Source: Candidatus Omnitrophota bacterium (GTDB lineage: Bacteria > Omnitrophota > Gorgyraeia > Zapsychrales > JANLHA01). Taken from it: a stretch of DNA of 64,000 nt. Positions 19,902-32,757 of this stretch are shown here, piece after piece. Each line of letters begins with the position of its first letter. Position 1 is the stretch's first letter. The notes under the pieces are model-generated. The model saw only the letters and a list, made by a program, of their open reading frames with translations. It had not been told where the DNA came from and made no database searches. Made by a program: the position numbers and the translations under genes. The stretch covers positions 323,277-387,276 of the forward strand of contig JAKLFA010000001.1 in assembly GCA_022711395.1 (NCBI GenBank). The letters run 5' to 3'.

Positions 19902-21450
19902 CGGTCGCCTTCCAAAATTGGGCCGGGTGTGGTGTGATCCCGGAGTCCTTGAGCTTTTGACGGACGCTCTCTAGATGAGTCGTTGAAAAGAGCGCTGAGC
20001 TTTCAGCTGTTACGGACGGCGGGGCAGCCGGTTGTTTTTTAAAAACATGGATATTTTCCGCGGCCGTAAGCGTGAACAATATCAAGGATACGGACAAAAA
20101 CAACAGGAATAATTTCGGCGCTTTGCCTTCGGCGGGGGAGGGCGGCCCGACCTTCACGCAATGGCCGCAATGCAGGCATTCGGCCTGATCGACCAGGCAG
20201 GATGTCCCTTCAGGAGTATGCGTGTCGTTCGTCAGGCATATCCGTTCAAAACAGGATTGTGATTCTCTGCTGCGGTTGGCGGTTTCCGGCTTGAAGCGCA
20301 GGCTCGCCGCCAGGCCGGCAAAAGCCCCGAACGGGCAGAGATAGCGGCACCAGAACCGGTAAAAAAGGCATGATCCCAAAAGAACGCAGGTCAAAAGCCC
20401 CCAGCCGAAAGCCCCTGCCTGTCCGGTAAAGAGCGTCAGATAGACTTCTACTCCCGTCACTGAAGCGGATCCCACGGCGATGGAAAGGATGATCAGGGTA
20501 AAGAAAAGAACATATTTGATCCAACGGCTGAAACGCGCTGTTCTTACTGTCAGCGGGAATTTTGCGTTCCAAAGTTTTTTACGCGTGGAATAAAGAGCTT
20601 CTTCCACGAAGGCGAACGGACAGACGCGCGCGCAATACAGCCGTCCCCAAAGAAGGCTGCTTATGACCAGACCCGCAAGGAGAAGATATAATTCCGGGTT
20701 GTCCTGAAAGCGCGGAATAAGGCCCGATCCGATCTGGGCAACTTGCAATGTCGCGAGCATGGAATGACGGAAAATACCCAGATAGAGAAAACTTACGAGT
20801 AGCGTGAGCCACATCAAACGCCCGCGTTTTTTCCGCAGGGAAAAGGCCGCCAGCAAAAAGATCAGCATGATCGGAATGGTGCGGATGACGGCCTGACGGC
20901 TTATTACGCCTTGGAGAGCCGGCCCGGAAAAAGATGCCTGCCTGAAGATCGGCCGCATTTTTAAAAGGGAAGCCTTGATCGACCGGCTGACGGCCGCGCT
21001 TGTGATGGTGGCCCCGGAGACCCCGTCAATATCCCTGCCGAGCTCTAACGGATCGGAGGACTTTTTTCCGTTGAACTGTTTGAGGAGACCCGGCAGCCTT
21101 TGGGTGAATTGGGGTGTTTCGTGGCTTTTTAGAAGCAGGACATTCTGGATGATGCCGTCTACGTCAGTGCCCACTGCAAGTTCGATGGTGCCGCTGTATC
21201 CGGAGATCTCCGGAGATACTTGTGCGGTAAAAAAAGCAAAACCTGAAAGCTGCCCGTCCTTATTGAAAGCGGAAAAATAAGGGGCAGCGGTCTTACCTTG
21301 AGAGAAGGAAGCTGCCTCAGGAAAGAGCGAACGAAGAGCGGCGGTGCTTTCGGCCGGTTCCATCGGAGTGATTTTGGGGAAATGATGGGTGATGAATCCG
21401 GCTGTAAGGATCATGGAGGCAGAGAGGAGTAATAAGCGGTAACGTCTCAT
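19894..21450 (-). CDS. NosR/NirI-like membrane protein with periplasmic FMN-binding domain and Fe-S motifs
   Basis: Signal/TM helix, then an FMN_bind domain with flavinylation-type motif DGVSGATITS. A polytopic region carries CARVCPF and CRYLCPFG (NapH/NosR-type). C-terminal CxxCxxC ferredoxin-like segment. Overlaps the amrS start by 8 nt. Confidence 0.7.
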   Translation of the reverse strand: MRRYRLLLLSASMILTAGFITHHFPKITPMEPAESTAALRSLFPEAASFSQGKTAAPYFSAFNKDGQLSGFAFFTAQVSPEISGYSGTIELAVGTDVDGIIQNVLLLKSHETPQFTQRLPGLLKQFNGKKSSDPLELGRDIDGVSGATITSAAVSRSIKASLLKMRPIFRQASFSGPALQGVISRQAVIRTIPIMLIFLLAAFSLRKKRGRLMWLTLLVSFLYLGIFRHSMLATLQVAQIGSGLIPRFQDNPELYLLLAGLVISSLLWGRLYCARVCPFAFVEEALYSTRKKLWNAKFPLTVRTARFSRWIKYVLFFTLIILSIAVGSASVTGVEVYLTLFTGQAGAFGWGLLTCVLLGSCLFYRFWCRYLCPFGAFAGLAASLRFKPETANRSRESQSCFERICLTNDTHTPEGTSCLVDQAECLHCGHCVKVGPPSPAEGKAPKLFLLFLSVSLILFTLTAAENIHVFKKQPAAPPSVTAESSALFSTTHLESVRQKLKDSGITPHPAQFWKATDE

Positions 21451-21577
21451 GGCATCTGTATTTTAATCATTTCGTTAAAAGTTTGCGAATATTTTTTTAT
21501 CTATGAAGCGCCCGTGCAATATCCGGGAGACGTGCTATAATAACGTCCTGAACTTTGGTTTGATAGGGAGGCGGGCG

Positions 21578-22618
21578 ATGAACAGGGTCCGAAAATTTGT
21601 GTGGGCTGCGGTGTTTGTTTTTCTTTGGGCTGCCGTGGCCGTGGCAGAGCTGAGTGAATCAGAGAATGCGCTGATCGGAGTGTTTGAAAAAGCTTCCCCC
21701 TCGGTCGTTTTTATCAAGAACGCCGCTCTTCAATGGGATTGGTTCTCAGATGATATTTATGAGGTTCCGCAGGGGGCGGGTTCCGGTTTTGTCTGGGATA
21801 CACAAGGCCATATCATCACGAATTTTCATGTTGTTTATCAGGCGGACAGGATCATGGTCGTCATGGCTGACCGTAAATCATATCCAGCCAAGGTCATCGG
21901 GGTCTCTCCCGACCATGATCTGGCTGTCCTTAAGATCGAGGCGCCGCAGGAAATCTTGAGGCCGTTGGAATTGGGAACATCCCAGGACCTCCGGGTGGGC
22001 CAATCGGCCCTGTCGATCGGAAACCCTTTCGGTTTGGACTATTCTTTGACCACGGGAGTCGTGAGTGCGCTGGGCCGTTCGATCTCGTCATTGACGGGCA
22101 GAAAGATCCATGATGTCATTCAGACCGATGCCGCCATCAATCCCGGAAGTTCCGGAGGCCCTTTGCTGGATTCATCGGGAAAACTGATCGGCGTCTCGAC
22201 GGCCATTTTCAGTCCGTCCGGCGCCTATGCGGGCGTTGGTTTCGCTATTCCTGTCGATGATGTCAAGCGAGTTGTTCCGCAGTTGATCAAATACGGTCGG
22301 GTAAAGAGGTTGGGTATCGGGGCTGATTTGGTGCCGGACCATATCCGGCGGCGCATCGGAGTGGAAGGAGCGATGATCTTGAACGTCGCGCCCGGCAGCA
22401 ACGCACAGAAAGCCGGGGTCCAGCCCACGGTCAGGGACCGCTTGGGGAACATCGTTTACGGCGATATTATTGTGGCGGTCGATCGGCAGCCTGTCGTCAA
22501 CAATGATGAACTTCTGTATTTGATCGAACGGAATTATAAAGCCGGGGATAAGGCGGAATTCGCATTCTTGCGCAATGGCAGGGCATTAAAAGTGTTCATT
22601 GAACTGCAGGAGTTTTGA
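21578..22618 (+). CDS. htrA: Periplasmic serine endoprotease DegP/HtrA (trypsin-like domain plus PDZ)
   Basis: Signal peptide MNRVRKFVWAAVFVFLWAAVAVA. Catalytic triad context TNFHVV, DLAVLK and GSSGGPL. C-terminal PDZ. Start moved to the ATG at 21578, preceded by RBS GGGAGG and a TATAAT box near 21533-21538. Confidence 0.9.
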   Translation: MNRVRKFVWAAVFVFLWAAVAVAELSESENALIGVFEKASPSVVFIKNAALQWDWFSDDIYEVPQGAGSGFVWDTQGHIITNFHVVYQADRIMVVMADRKSYPAKVIGVSPDHDLAVLKIEAPQEILRPLELGTSQDLRVGQSALSIGNPFGLDYSLTTGVVSALGRSISSLTGRKIHDVIQTDAAINPGSSGGPLLDSSGKLIGVSTAIFSPSGAYAGVGFAIPVDDVKRVVPQLIKYGRVKRLGIGADLVPDHIRRRIGVEGAMILNVAPGSNAQKAGVQPTVRDRLGNIVYGDIIVAVDRQPVVNNDELLYLIERNYKAGDKAEFAFLRNGRALKVFIELQEF

Positions 22619-22646
22619 CGGCTGCTTAAAAAGGGAACAGTGGCAG

Positions 22647-23435
22647 ATGGCAAAGACGCAATTTCAATATATTTATGGCCCGGTCTACTCATGGAGATTG
22701 GGGCTGTCACTGGGGATCGATCCTATTGCCCGTCCGGAGAAGATTTGCAGCATGGATTGTGTGTATTGCCAGCTCGGAAAGACCGATCAGCTTACTCAGG
22801 AGCGCCGGATCTTTGTCGCGGCGCAGGAGATCGTTGATGAGGTCAACGCGTTCGAATATCCCCAGCCGATCGATTATTTGACATTTTCCGGGCGCGGCGA
22901 GCCGACCCTGGCGAAGAACCTGGGGGAAATGATCAGGGCGCTCAGGTCGTGCCGACAGGAAAAGATCGCGGTCATTACCAATTCGACATTATTGCCTGAT
23001 CCGCAGGTCCGCGCGGACCTTTTTTTGGCGGATTGCGTCCTGGCCAAACTGGACGCCTGCGATGCGCACATTTGCGGCGCGGTCGGAGCGCCGTGCGCTG
23101 ATTTTCGGTTTGACAAGATGATCGAAAGTATGAGAATATTTAAAAAAGAATTCCACGGCAAGTTCGCGCTGCAGATCATGTTCGTGAAAGAGAACAAGGG
23201 TTGCGCCGCAGATATCGCGGCGTTGGCCCGCACGATAGGGGCGGATGAGATCGAATTGAACACTCCGCTTCGCCCGTGCGCTTCGGTGGCGTTGACGCCG
23301 GAGGAAATGAATGAGATCAAGGATCGTTTTGACGGTTTGCCGGTCACGATGGTCTATGAACGTCAGCGCCGGACAGCCCAGGCCCTTGATCGGGAGCAGA
23401 CGAAGAAAAGGCACGGTCAATACACGGATTCTTGA
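22647..23435 (+). CDS. Radical SAM domain protein (function unknown)
   Basis: CSMDCVYCQ (Cx3Cx2C) and GPVYSWRLGLSLGIDP N-terminal block. The internal ATG at 22647 was chosen as start because it avoids overlap with htrA. Confidence 0.7.
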   Translation: MAKTQFQYIYGPVYSWRLGLSLGIDPIARPEKICSMDCVYCQLGKTDQLTQERRIFVAAQEIVDEVNAFEYPQPIDYLTFSGRGEPTLAKNLGEMIRALRSCRQEKIAVITNSTLLPDPQVRADLFLADCVLAKLDACDAHICGAVGAPCADFRFDKMIESMRIFKKEFHGKFALQIMFVKENKGCAADIAALARTIGADEIELNTPLRPCASVALTPEEMNEIKDRFDGLPVTMVYERQRRTAQALDREQTKKRHGQYTDS

Positions 23436-23444
23436 AATCGAAGA

Positions 23445-24158
23445 ATGACAGAGATCTCACCGGAAAAATTCAAAGAGCTCCAAGACAAGATCCGCTCGCT
23501 TCCTCAGCGCATCATTGAAGCTCAGGAGTATGAGCGCCACCGGATCTCCAAGGAGATCCATGATGAGCTTGGCCAGTCCCTGGCCACATTGAAGATGCTG
23601 ATCCAATCCAGCGTCCGGCCGGAATATCTGCAGACAAGGGGCAACCGCCGGGCCTACGACAGAGTGATCCATTACATTGATGAGATCATCGAAAAATCTC
23701 GGAATATCGCGACATCCCTGCGCCCGAAAGTCATCGAGACGATGGGCCTGACCCGGGCGCTTAAGAAATTGATCCTGGATTTCAAAAAGAACAAGGGTTT
23801 GAACATTCATGCGCAGGTCGGAAATCTGGATGACGTTCAGTTCCATGGAGAGGCGGTAAACCTTTACCGGATCGTTCAGGAGGCCTTAGCCAACCTGCTT
23901 CATCATGCGGAGGCCGCTAACGTCGAGATCATGTTCAGGAGGAATAAACAGCTTTTGACCATCACGATCAAGGATGACGGTAAGGGGTTTTTGCCCGGGG
24001 ATGTCCATTCGGATGACGGGCGGCATGGACAGGGACTATCCACGATGCAGGAACGGGCCAGGCTTCTTAAGGGAGAGCTGGATATCCAGTCTGAACCGGG
24101 ACAGGGCACGGTGATCCGGCTGCAGGTCCCGATCATCATACGGAGCGAGGATAAATGA
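23445..24158 (+). CDS. Cytoplasmic sensor histidine kinase (HisKA_3/NarX-type)
   Basis: H-box EYERHRISKEIHDELGQSL (HisKA_3) and HATPase_c (DDGKGF, GQGL). No TM segment. Confidence 0.85.
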   Translation: MTEISPEKFKELQDKIRSLPQRIIEAQEYERHRISKEIHDELGQSLATLKMLIQSSVRPEYLQTRGNRRAYDRVIHYIDEIIEKSRNIATSLRPKVIETMGLTRALKKLILDFKKNKGLNIHAQVGNLDDVQFHGEAVNLYRIVQEALANLLHHAEAANVEIMFRRNKQLLTITIKDDGKGFLPGDVHSDDGRHGQGLSTMQERARLLKGELDIQSEPGQGTVIRLQVPIIIRSEDK

Positions 24159-24805
24159 GCGAATACCGCGTGATCATAGCGGATGACCATCTTATGTTCC
24201 GGGCGGGCTTAAGGAGCCTGATCGCGCCTCAATCCAACCTCAGGATCGTCGGTGAAGCGGGGGACGGCCTGGAGCTTCTGGAGATGCTTAAAAAGACCAA
24301 GTGTGACCTGGTGGTCATGGACCTTTCAATGCCGCGTATGGATGGCATGGAAGCCCTCGAGAAGATCGGCTCCATGAACAGCGCCGCCAAGGTCCTGGTC
24401 CTCACGATGCAGAAAGATACCGAGCATTTTCAAAAAGCCATTGAGAAAGGGGCTTGCGGTTATGTCCTTAAAGAGGACGCTTTCGATCAGTTCATTTCAG
24501 CGATCGAGACCATTCAGAAGGGAGAGCGTTTTTTTTCTCCGTCGATCATGAAATTGCGCAGTGAGGAACTGAGCACGTTCGAAGAACAGCGGAAGGGAAA
24601 GACCCCCGAGATCACCGTTTTGACCCACAGGGAGCAGCAGATCCTCAAATTGATCGCCAGCGGTCTGGCGAACAAGAACATTGCCACCCAACTGAACATC
24701 AGCACGCGCACAGTTGAGGCGCACCGTTCGAATTTGACCAAGAAGCTTGGACTTAGATCAACGGCGGCCTTGGTGCGCTACGCTGTAGAAAAGGCCTTTA
24801 TATGA
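24155..24805 (+). CDS. NarL/FixJ-family DNA-binding response regulator (receiver plus LuxR HTH)
   Basis: VIIADDH, DLVVMDLSMP, C-terminal LTHREQQILKLIASGLANKNIATQLNISTRTVEAHR. 4 nt overlap with the kinase gene. Confidence 0.9.
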   Translation: MSEYRVIIADDHLMFRAGLRSLIAPQSNLRIVGEAGDGLELLEMLKKTKCDLVVMDLSMPRMDGMEALEKIGSMNSAAKVLVLTMQKDTEHFQKAIEKGACGYVLKEDAFDQFISAIETIQKGERFFSPSIMKLRSEELSTFEEQRKGKTPEITVLTHREQQILKLIASGLANKNIATQLNISTRTVEAHRSNLTKKLGLRSTAALVRYAVEKAFI

Positions 24806-25281
24806 CGAACATCACGCCGCGCCCCGAGAGCGCGCAGGTCAAGAAACTGCTTAAGGAGCTTAAAATTTCCGAGGTCATGACATCTCCTGCCGTGAGTATC
24901 CGGGCAGACGCCCATTTCAGCGATGTGGTGCGGCTGTTCAACGCTCACAGGATCCGGCATTTACCGGTCGTTAACGAGCATCAAAAGGTCATCGGGATCG
25001 TTTCTCAACGTGACCTGTTCAAGATCCAGTCGCCCCGCCGTCTTGAGGATGGGTCATGGTATTATGATCCGCAGGAACTGGATTCGATCAGGCTTTCGTC
25101 CGTGATGACGCATGGGCCGTTCGTTCTGTTTCAGGACCAAAGCGTCGCCGACGCGCTGGTCCCCATGGTGAAATTCAAATATGGATGCATCCCGGTCACC
25201 GACTCCTCCGAAAAACTGGTGGGGATCATCACGCAGTATGATATTTTAAAAATGGCCGTAGATGTTTTGAACCGTTCGTGA
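24802..25281 (+). CDS. CBS-domain pair protein
   Basis: Two CBS motifs (ISEVMTSPAVSI...HLPVV; VMTHGPFVL...CIPVT). 4 nt overlap with the RR gene. Confidence 0.8.
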   Translation: MTNITPRPESAQVKKLLKELKISEVMTSPAVSIRADAHFSDVVRLFNAHRIRHLPVVNEHQKVIGIVSQRDLFKIQSPRRLEDGSWYYDPQELDSIRLSSVMTHGPFVLFQDQSVADALVPMVKFKYGCIPVTDSSEKLVGIITQYDILKMAVDVLNRS

Positions 25282-25303
25282 AGGCATTCCAAGGAGGGAT
25301 GGC

Positions 25304-26005
25304 ATGAAAAGAAAAATCTTGATCGGCGTTCTCATTGGTGTTTGCGCTGCGCTTTGTCCGGCACGTTCCTGGGCGGGTGGCGGGGACGATCTCGCTTATT
25401 GGTCTCAGTACACGGTCCTTCTGCATGACGGAGAACATGTGGACCTCAATCTGTTCTTTGATTTCCGTTTTGATGACAATATTGGGGAGAACGATCTGAG
25501 CCTGGCAAGCATTCAGGCGAAGTATGACTTTATTAAGAATCTGAGTTTTGGGACGAACTATACTTACATCCTTGATCGGAAGTTCAATTCCTCCGCCGGG
25601 AAATCCGAATATCTTGATCAGCACAGGCTGGAACTGGAAGCCAATCCGTATTACAAGATCGGGGACTGGCTGAAGTTCGATAACCGCAATAGGGTGGAAT
25701 TCCGCTGGATCGAAAATAACGGGTCCTACAACACGCGGTCCCGGCACCGCGTGCGCTTGACCTTTCCGCTCGTGAAAGACCTCTTGCCCAAACAGGACGG
25801 TATCTATATGGACAGCGAGTTCTTTTATAATTACGCGGAGCATTCTTATGATGAGAACCGTTCTGTCCCGCTCGGGATTAAGTTCAATTTGAGCGAGCAG
25901 CTGGGATTGAGCCTTTTTTATATGGTCCGATCTCAGAAGAGCGTCTCGACAGGAGAGTGGTCCACTTCTCACGTGCTGGGGACGAACTTTTCGATCAAAT
26001 TCTGA
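25304..26005 (+). CDS. Exported protein, probable outer-membrane beta-barrel (C-terminal Phe)
   Basis: Signal peptide MKRKILIGVLIGVCAALCPARSWA. Alternating amphipathic beta-like segments. Ends ...NFSIKF, the OMP C-terminal aromatic signature. Confidence 0.5.
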   Translation: MKRKILIGVLIGVCAALCPARSWAGGGDDLAYWSQYTVLLHDGEHVDLNLFFDFRFDDNIGENDLSLASIQAKYDFIKNLSFGTNYTYILDRKFNSSAGKSEYLDQHRLELEANPYYKIGDWLKFDNRNRVEFRWIENNGSYNTRSRHRVRLTFPLVKDLLPKQDGIYMDSEFFYNYAEHSYDENRSVPLGIKFNLSEQLGLSLFYMVRSQKSVSTGEWSTSHVLGTNFSIKF

Positions 26006-26093
26006 AGTTATTTTTTTTCTTTTTTGGTTTTCAGTTCTTCATAACACACTATAATAAAGTTGATTGATGAATCCAAACGAAGGAGCAATCCGT

Positions 26094-26408
26094 ATGGCCG
26101 ATGAGGCCCCTCAAGAAAACGCGGCGGACCCCAAAAAAATCCTGGACGCTCTGGACCAGCAGGCTCAAGCCGAGCAGACACCGGTTCTTTCCGATACGCT
26201 CCCGCCGCAAGGGCAGCCTCAGGATACGGAAGAACCTGTGCAACCGTCAGCGGATTGCATCATCTCGGAGGCCATGCGCCAGTTGGACGACCTCTTGAAA
26301 GAGATCCGTTTGGAAAAAGACGATCCTCAAGAAGGACCCCAGGCGATACCGCCCGATCCTGAGCCCACGGCGGAAGATCTTCCGGACATCCCGCAGTCTC
26401 CCGGTTAG
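26094..26408 (+). CDS. Hypothetical acidic Pro/Gln-rich protein
   Basis: ORF with GGAG RBS before the ATG at 26094. Low-complexity acidic composition and no recognisable domain. Confidence 0.35.
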   Translation: MADEAPQENAADPKKILDALDQQAQAEQTPVLSDTLPPQGQPQDTEEPVQPSADCIISEAMRQLDDLLKEIRLEKDDPQEGPQAIPPDPEPTAEDLPDIPQSPG

Positions 26409-26565
26409 CCTGTAGACCGATCACAAGGACCATATTTTTGGCGTTTCAGGCTGTGGCATTGTTCTAGTGCTTTCTTTTTGCCATCGCTCTTTTCAGGATT
26501 TTATTTTGCCCTCATATGAAAAGTGGTATACTGAATGTGCAAAGAGGATTCCCAAAGGAGCGGTC

Positions 26566-26934
26566 ATGGCCAAAAAAATACTCATTGTGGATGATGAAAG
26601 GGACATCGTTGAAGTCGTCCGGATGCGGCTTGAGACGCGGGGTTATGAGGTTTTCGCGGCCTACAACGGCCGTCAGGGCCTGGAGCGCGTGAAGGACGTT
26701 ATGCCGGACCTGATCATTCTCGATATCATGATGCCGGAGATCAACGGTTCGACGCTTTGCGGAATGCTTAAATTTGACGAGAGGTATAAACATATTCCGA
26801 TCGTGATGCTGAGCGTGAAGGCTCGCGACATCGACCGGGAGATCGGCGGTAAGGTCAAAGCCGACGCGTATTTGACCAAGCCCTTTGAAGCCCAGCAATT
26901 GATCGAGATCGTGAACAATCTGATAGGCGAATAG
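26566..26934 (+). CDS. Single-domain response regulator (CheY-like receiver)
   Basis: KILIVDDERD, DLIILDIMMPEINGS and conserved K in VKADAYLTKPF. RBS AAAGGAG. The internal ATG was chosen as start. Confidence 0.85.
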   Translation: MAKKILIVDDERDIVEVVRMRLETRGYEVFAAYNGRQGLERVKDVMPDLIILDIMMPEINGSTLCGMLKFDERYKHIPIVMLSVKARDIDREIGGKVKADAYLTKPFEAQQLIEIVNNLIGE

Positions 26935-26959
26935 TGTTTAGCGCCCGTTTAAAAATTCC

Positions 26960-30664
<3,705 letters not shown>

Positions 30665-30754
30665 AGAACCGTTTTTGCGCCTTCCTTATTTTAGAGATGT
30701 TTATTCGATTTTTGACCTTGCGTCCACCGCGTTCTGTCGTTAAAATAAAAGCCT

Positions 30755-31135
30755 ATGAATACTGATATTACTAAAAAAATATTAGTGATCGATGACAATC
30801 CCACCGACCTGAAACTGATCGCATCCCTGCTGAAATCTGAGACCTGTGCCGTCATTGCCGTGGAAGATGCAGCCCAAGGGCTTGAGATGGCCATGACCAT
30901 GAAGCCGGACCTGCTGGTCCTGGACGTGATGATGCCCATTATCAATGGTTATAACATTTGCCGTTTGCTGAAAAGCCATCCTGACTGCTGCAGGATCCCG
31001 GTCCTTTTGGTCACCTCACGTTCGACTGAGGAAGATAAAAAGATCGGCGAAGAGGTGGGGGCGGACAGCTATATGTCAAAACCGTTCGACCCGGATCTTC
31101 TTATCAAAACGGTCAAACAGCTTCTGGAAGGGTAG
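30755..31135 (+). CDS. Single-domain response regulator (CheY-like receiver)
   Basis: KILVIDDNPTD, DLLVLDVMMPIINGY, KPF. 126 aa. Stop is 10 nt before mlaE. Confidence 0.85.
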   Translation: MNTDITKKILVIDDNPTDLKLIASLLKSETCAVIAVEDAAQGLEMAMTMKPDLLVLDVMMPIINGYNICRLLKSHPDCCRIPVLLVTSRSTEEDKKIGEEVGADSYMSKPFDPDLLIKTVKQLLEG

Positions 31136-31145
31136 AATAACAGAT

Positions 31146-31943
31146 ATGCTCAAGGCCTTTGAACAGATTGGTGTTACGATTTTAAACTGGCTGACCGTGC
31201 TGGGGGAGTTTTTGGCATTGACCGGACAGGCATTGTATTGGATCGTGTTTGGCGCCCTTCATGACAAACCGGTGAAACGGGCCCCTCTTTTTGAACAGAT
31301 GGTCTTTATGGGGACCAAATCGGTTGTGATCGTCTTTTTCGTGACATTCTTTACCGGGATCGTGCTCGCGATGCAGTCCGCCTATCAGCTTGAGCGCATG
31401 GGCGGAACGATCTATGTGGCCAGCCTGGTCTCGATCGCCATCTGCCGGGAGCTCGGGCCTGTCCTGACGGCGCTGGTCCTGGCCGGCCGTATCGGGGCTG
31501 CCATTACCGCCGAGATCGGGTCCATGAAGGTCAATGAACAGATCGAAGCGCTGGAGACCATGGGGATCAACCCGGTCCGGTTCCTGGTCGCGCCGAAGGT
31601 TTTGGCCCTTTTTTTGATGCTGCCGTGTTTGACGGTGGTGGGGGACCTTTCGGGGATGTTCGGCGGGTATGTCGTGGGAGTTTTTGACCTGCGGATCAAC
31701 GCCCATTTATATATTCAGACCGCGTTCAAATTTTTGGCCTCAAAAGATATTTACACGGGGTTGTTCAAATCGCTGGTGTTCGCTCTGATCGTTTCTCTGG
31801 TCGGTTCTTATCAGGGGCTTTCGACCAAAGGAGGGGCCGTGGGTGTCGGGCGTTACACAACGGTCTCGGTGGTGAGCAGCTTTATTTTGATCATCATTTT
31901 TGATTGTTTGATCACGGGCATTTTTTATTACTGGAATATGTGA
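31146..31943 (+). CDS. mlaE: Mla/Ttg2-type ABC transporter permease
   Basis: 265 aa polytopic permease with MlaE-family features. Followed by the cognate ATPase and MCE genes. Confidence 0.9.
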   Translation: MLKAFEQIGVTILNWLTVLGEFLALTGQALYWIVFGALHDKPVKRAPLFEQMVFMGTKSVVIVFFVTFFTGIVLAMQSAYQLERMGGTIYVASLVSIAICRELGPVLTALVLAGRIGAAITAEIGSMKVNEQIEALETMGINPVRFLVAPKVLALFLMLPCLTVVGDLSGMFGGYVVGVFDLRINAHLYIQTAFKFLASKDIYTGLFKSLVFALIVSLVGSYQGLSTKGGAVGVGRYTTVSVVSSFILIIIFDCLITGIFYYWNM

Positions 31944-31944
31944 T

Positions 31945-32730
31945 ATGGACCAACAACCGATCGCGATCTCCGTTCAGCATTTGACCAAGTCCTTCGACGG
32001 GAGGAAGGTCCTGGATGATATTTCCCTGGATATCCGCAGGGGGGAGATCTTCGTGATCATGGGAGGGTCCGGCTGCGGAAAGAGCACGCTTTTGCGCCAT
32101 ATGACAGGCGCTATCAAGCCGGATTTCGGTACGGTCCTGTTCAATGGGCAGGACCTTACCAGGATGTCGGCGAATGAACTTGAAAAGGTCAAGCGCCGCT
32201 TCGGTATGAGCTTTCAATCGGCGGCGCTTTTGGATTATTTGAGCGTTGAGGATAATGTGAGCCTTCCTTTACGGGAACACACCAAGCTCAATCAGAAGAT
32301 CATCGATATTATCGTGAAAATGAAGCTGGGGCTTGTGGGCCTGCAGGGATTTGAGAAGATGATGCCCAGTTTTTTGTCGGGCGGGATGCGCAAAAGGGCC
32401 GGGTTGGCGCGCGCGATCGCCATGGACCCGGAGGTCGTTTTTTATGATGAGCCGTCGGCGGGCCTTGACCCGATCGCCTGCGCCGTGGTGGACCAGCTCA
32501 TTATGGACTTAAGCCGGAAACTGCTTTTGACCTCGGTCGTGGTCACGCACAATATGGACAGTGTGTTTCGCATTGCTGACAGGATCGCGATGCTTTACAA
32601 CGGAAAAGTCCTGCAGGTCGGGACAAGGGACGAGATCCGTCATTCGCAGCATCCTGTTGTTCAGCAGTTCATCAAGGGGGAGCTTGAAGGGCCGATCGAC
32701 ATCCGTTCCCAGGAAGTGGCCTTGCAATAA
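31945..32730 (+). CDS. mlaF: Mla-type ABC transporter ATP-binding protein
   Basis: Walker A GGSGCGKST, ABC signature LSGGMRKRAGLARA, Walker B VVFYDEPSAGLD. Confidence 0.9.
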   Translation: MDQQPIAISVQHLTKSFDGRKVLDDISLDIRRGEIFVIMGGSGCGKSTLLRHMTGAIKPDFGTVLFNGQDLTRMSANELEKVKRRFGMSFQSAALLDYLSVEDNVSLPLREHTKLNQKIIDIIVKMKLGLVGLQGFEKMMPSFLSGGMRKRAGLARAIAMDPEVVFYDEPSAGLDPIACAVVDQLIMDLSRKLLLTSVVVTHNMDSVFRIADRIAMLYNGKVLQVGTRDEIRHSQHPVVQQFIKGELEGPIDIRSQEVALQ

Positions 32731-32757
32731 CGGGATCGACATGAACCGGAGGGATAT

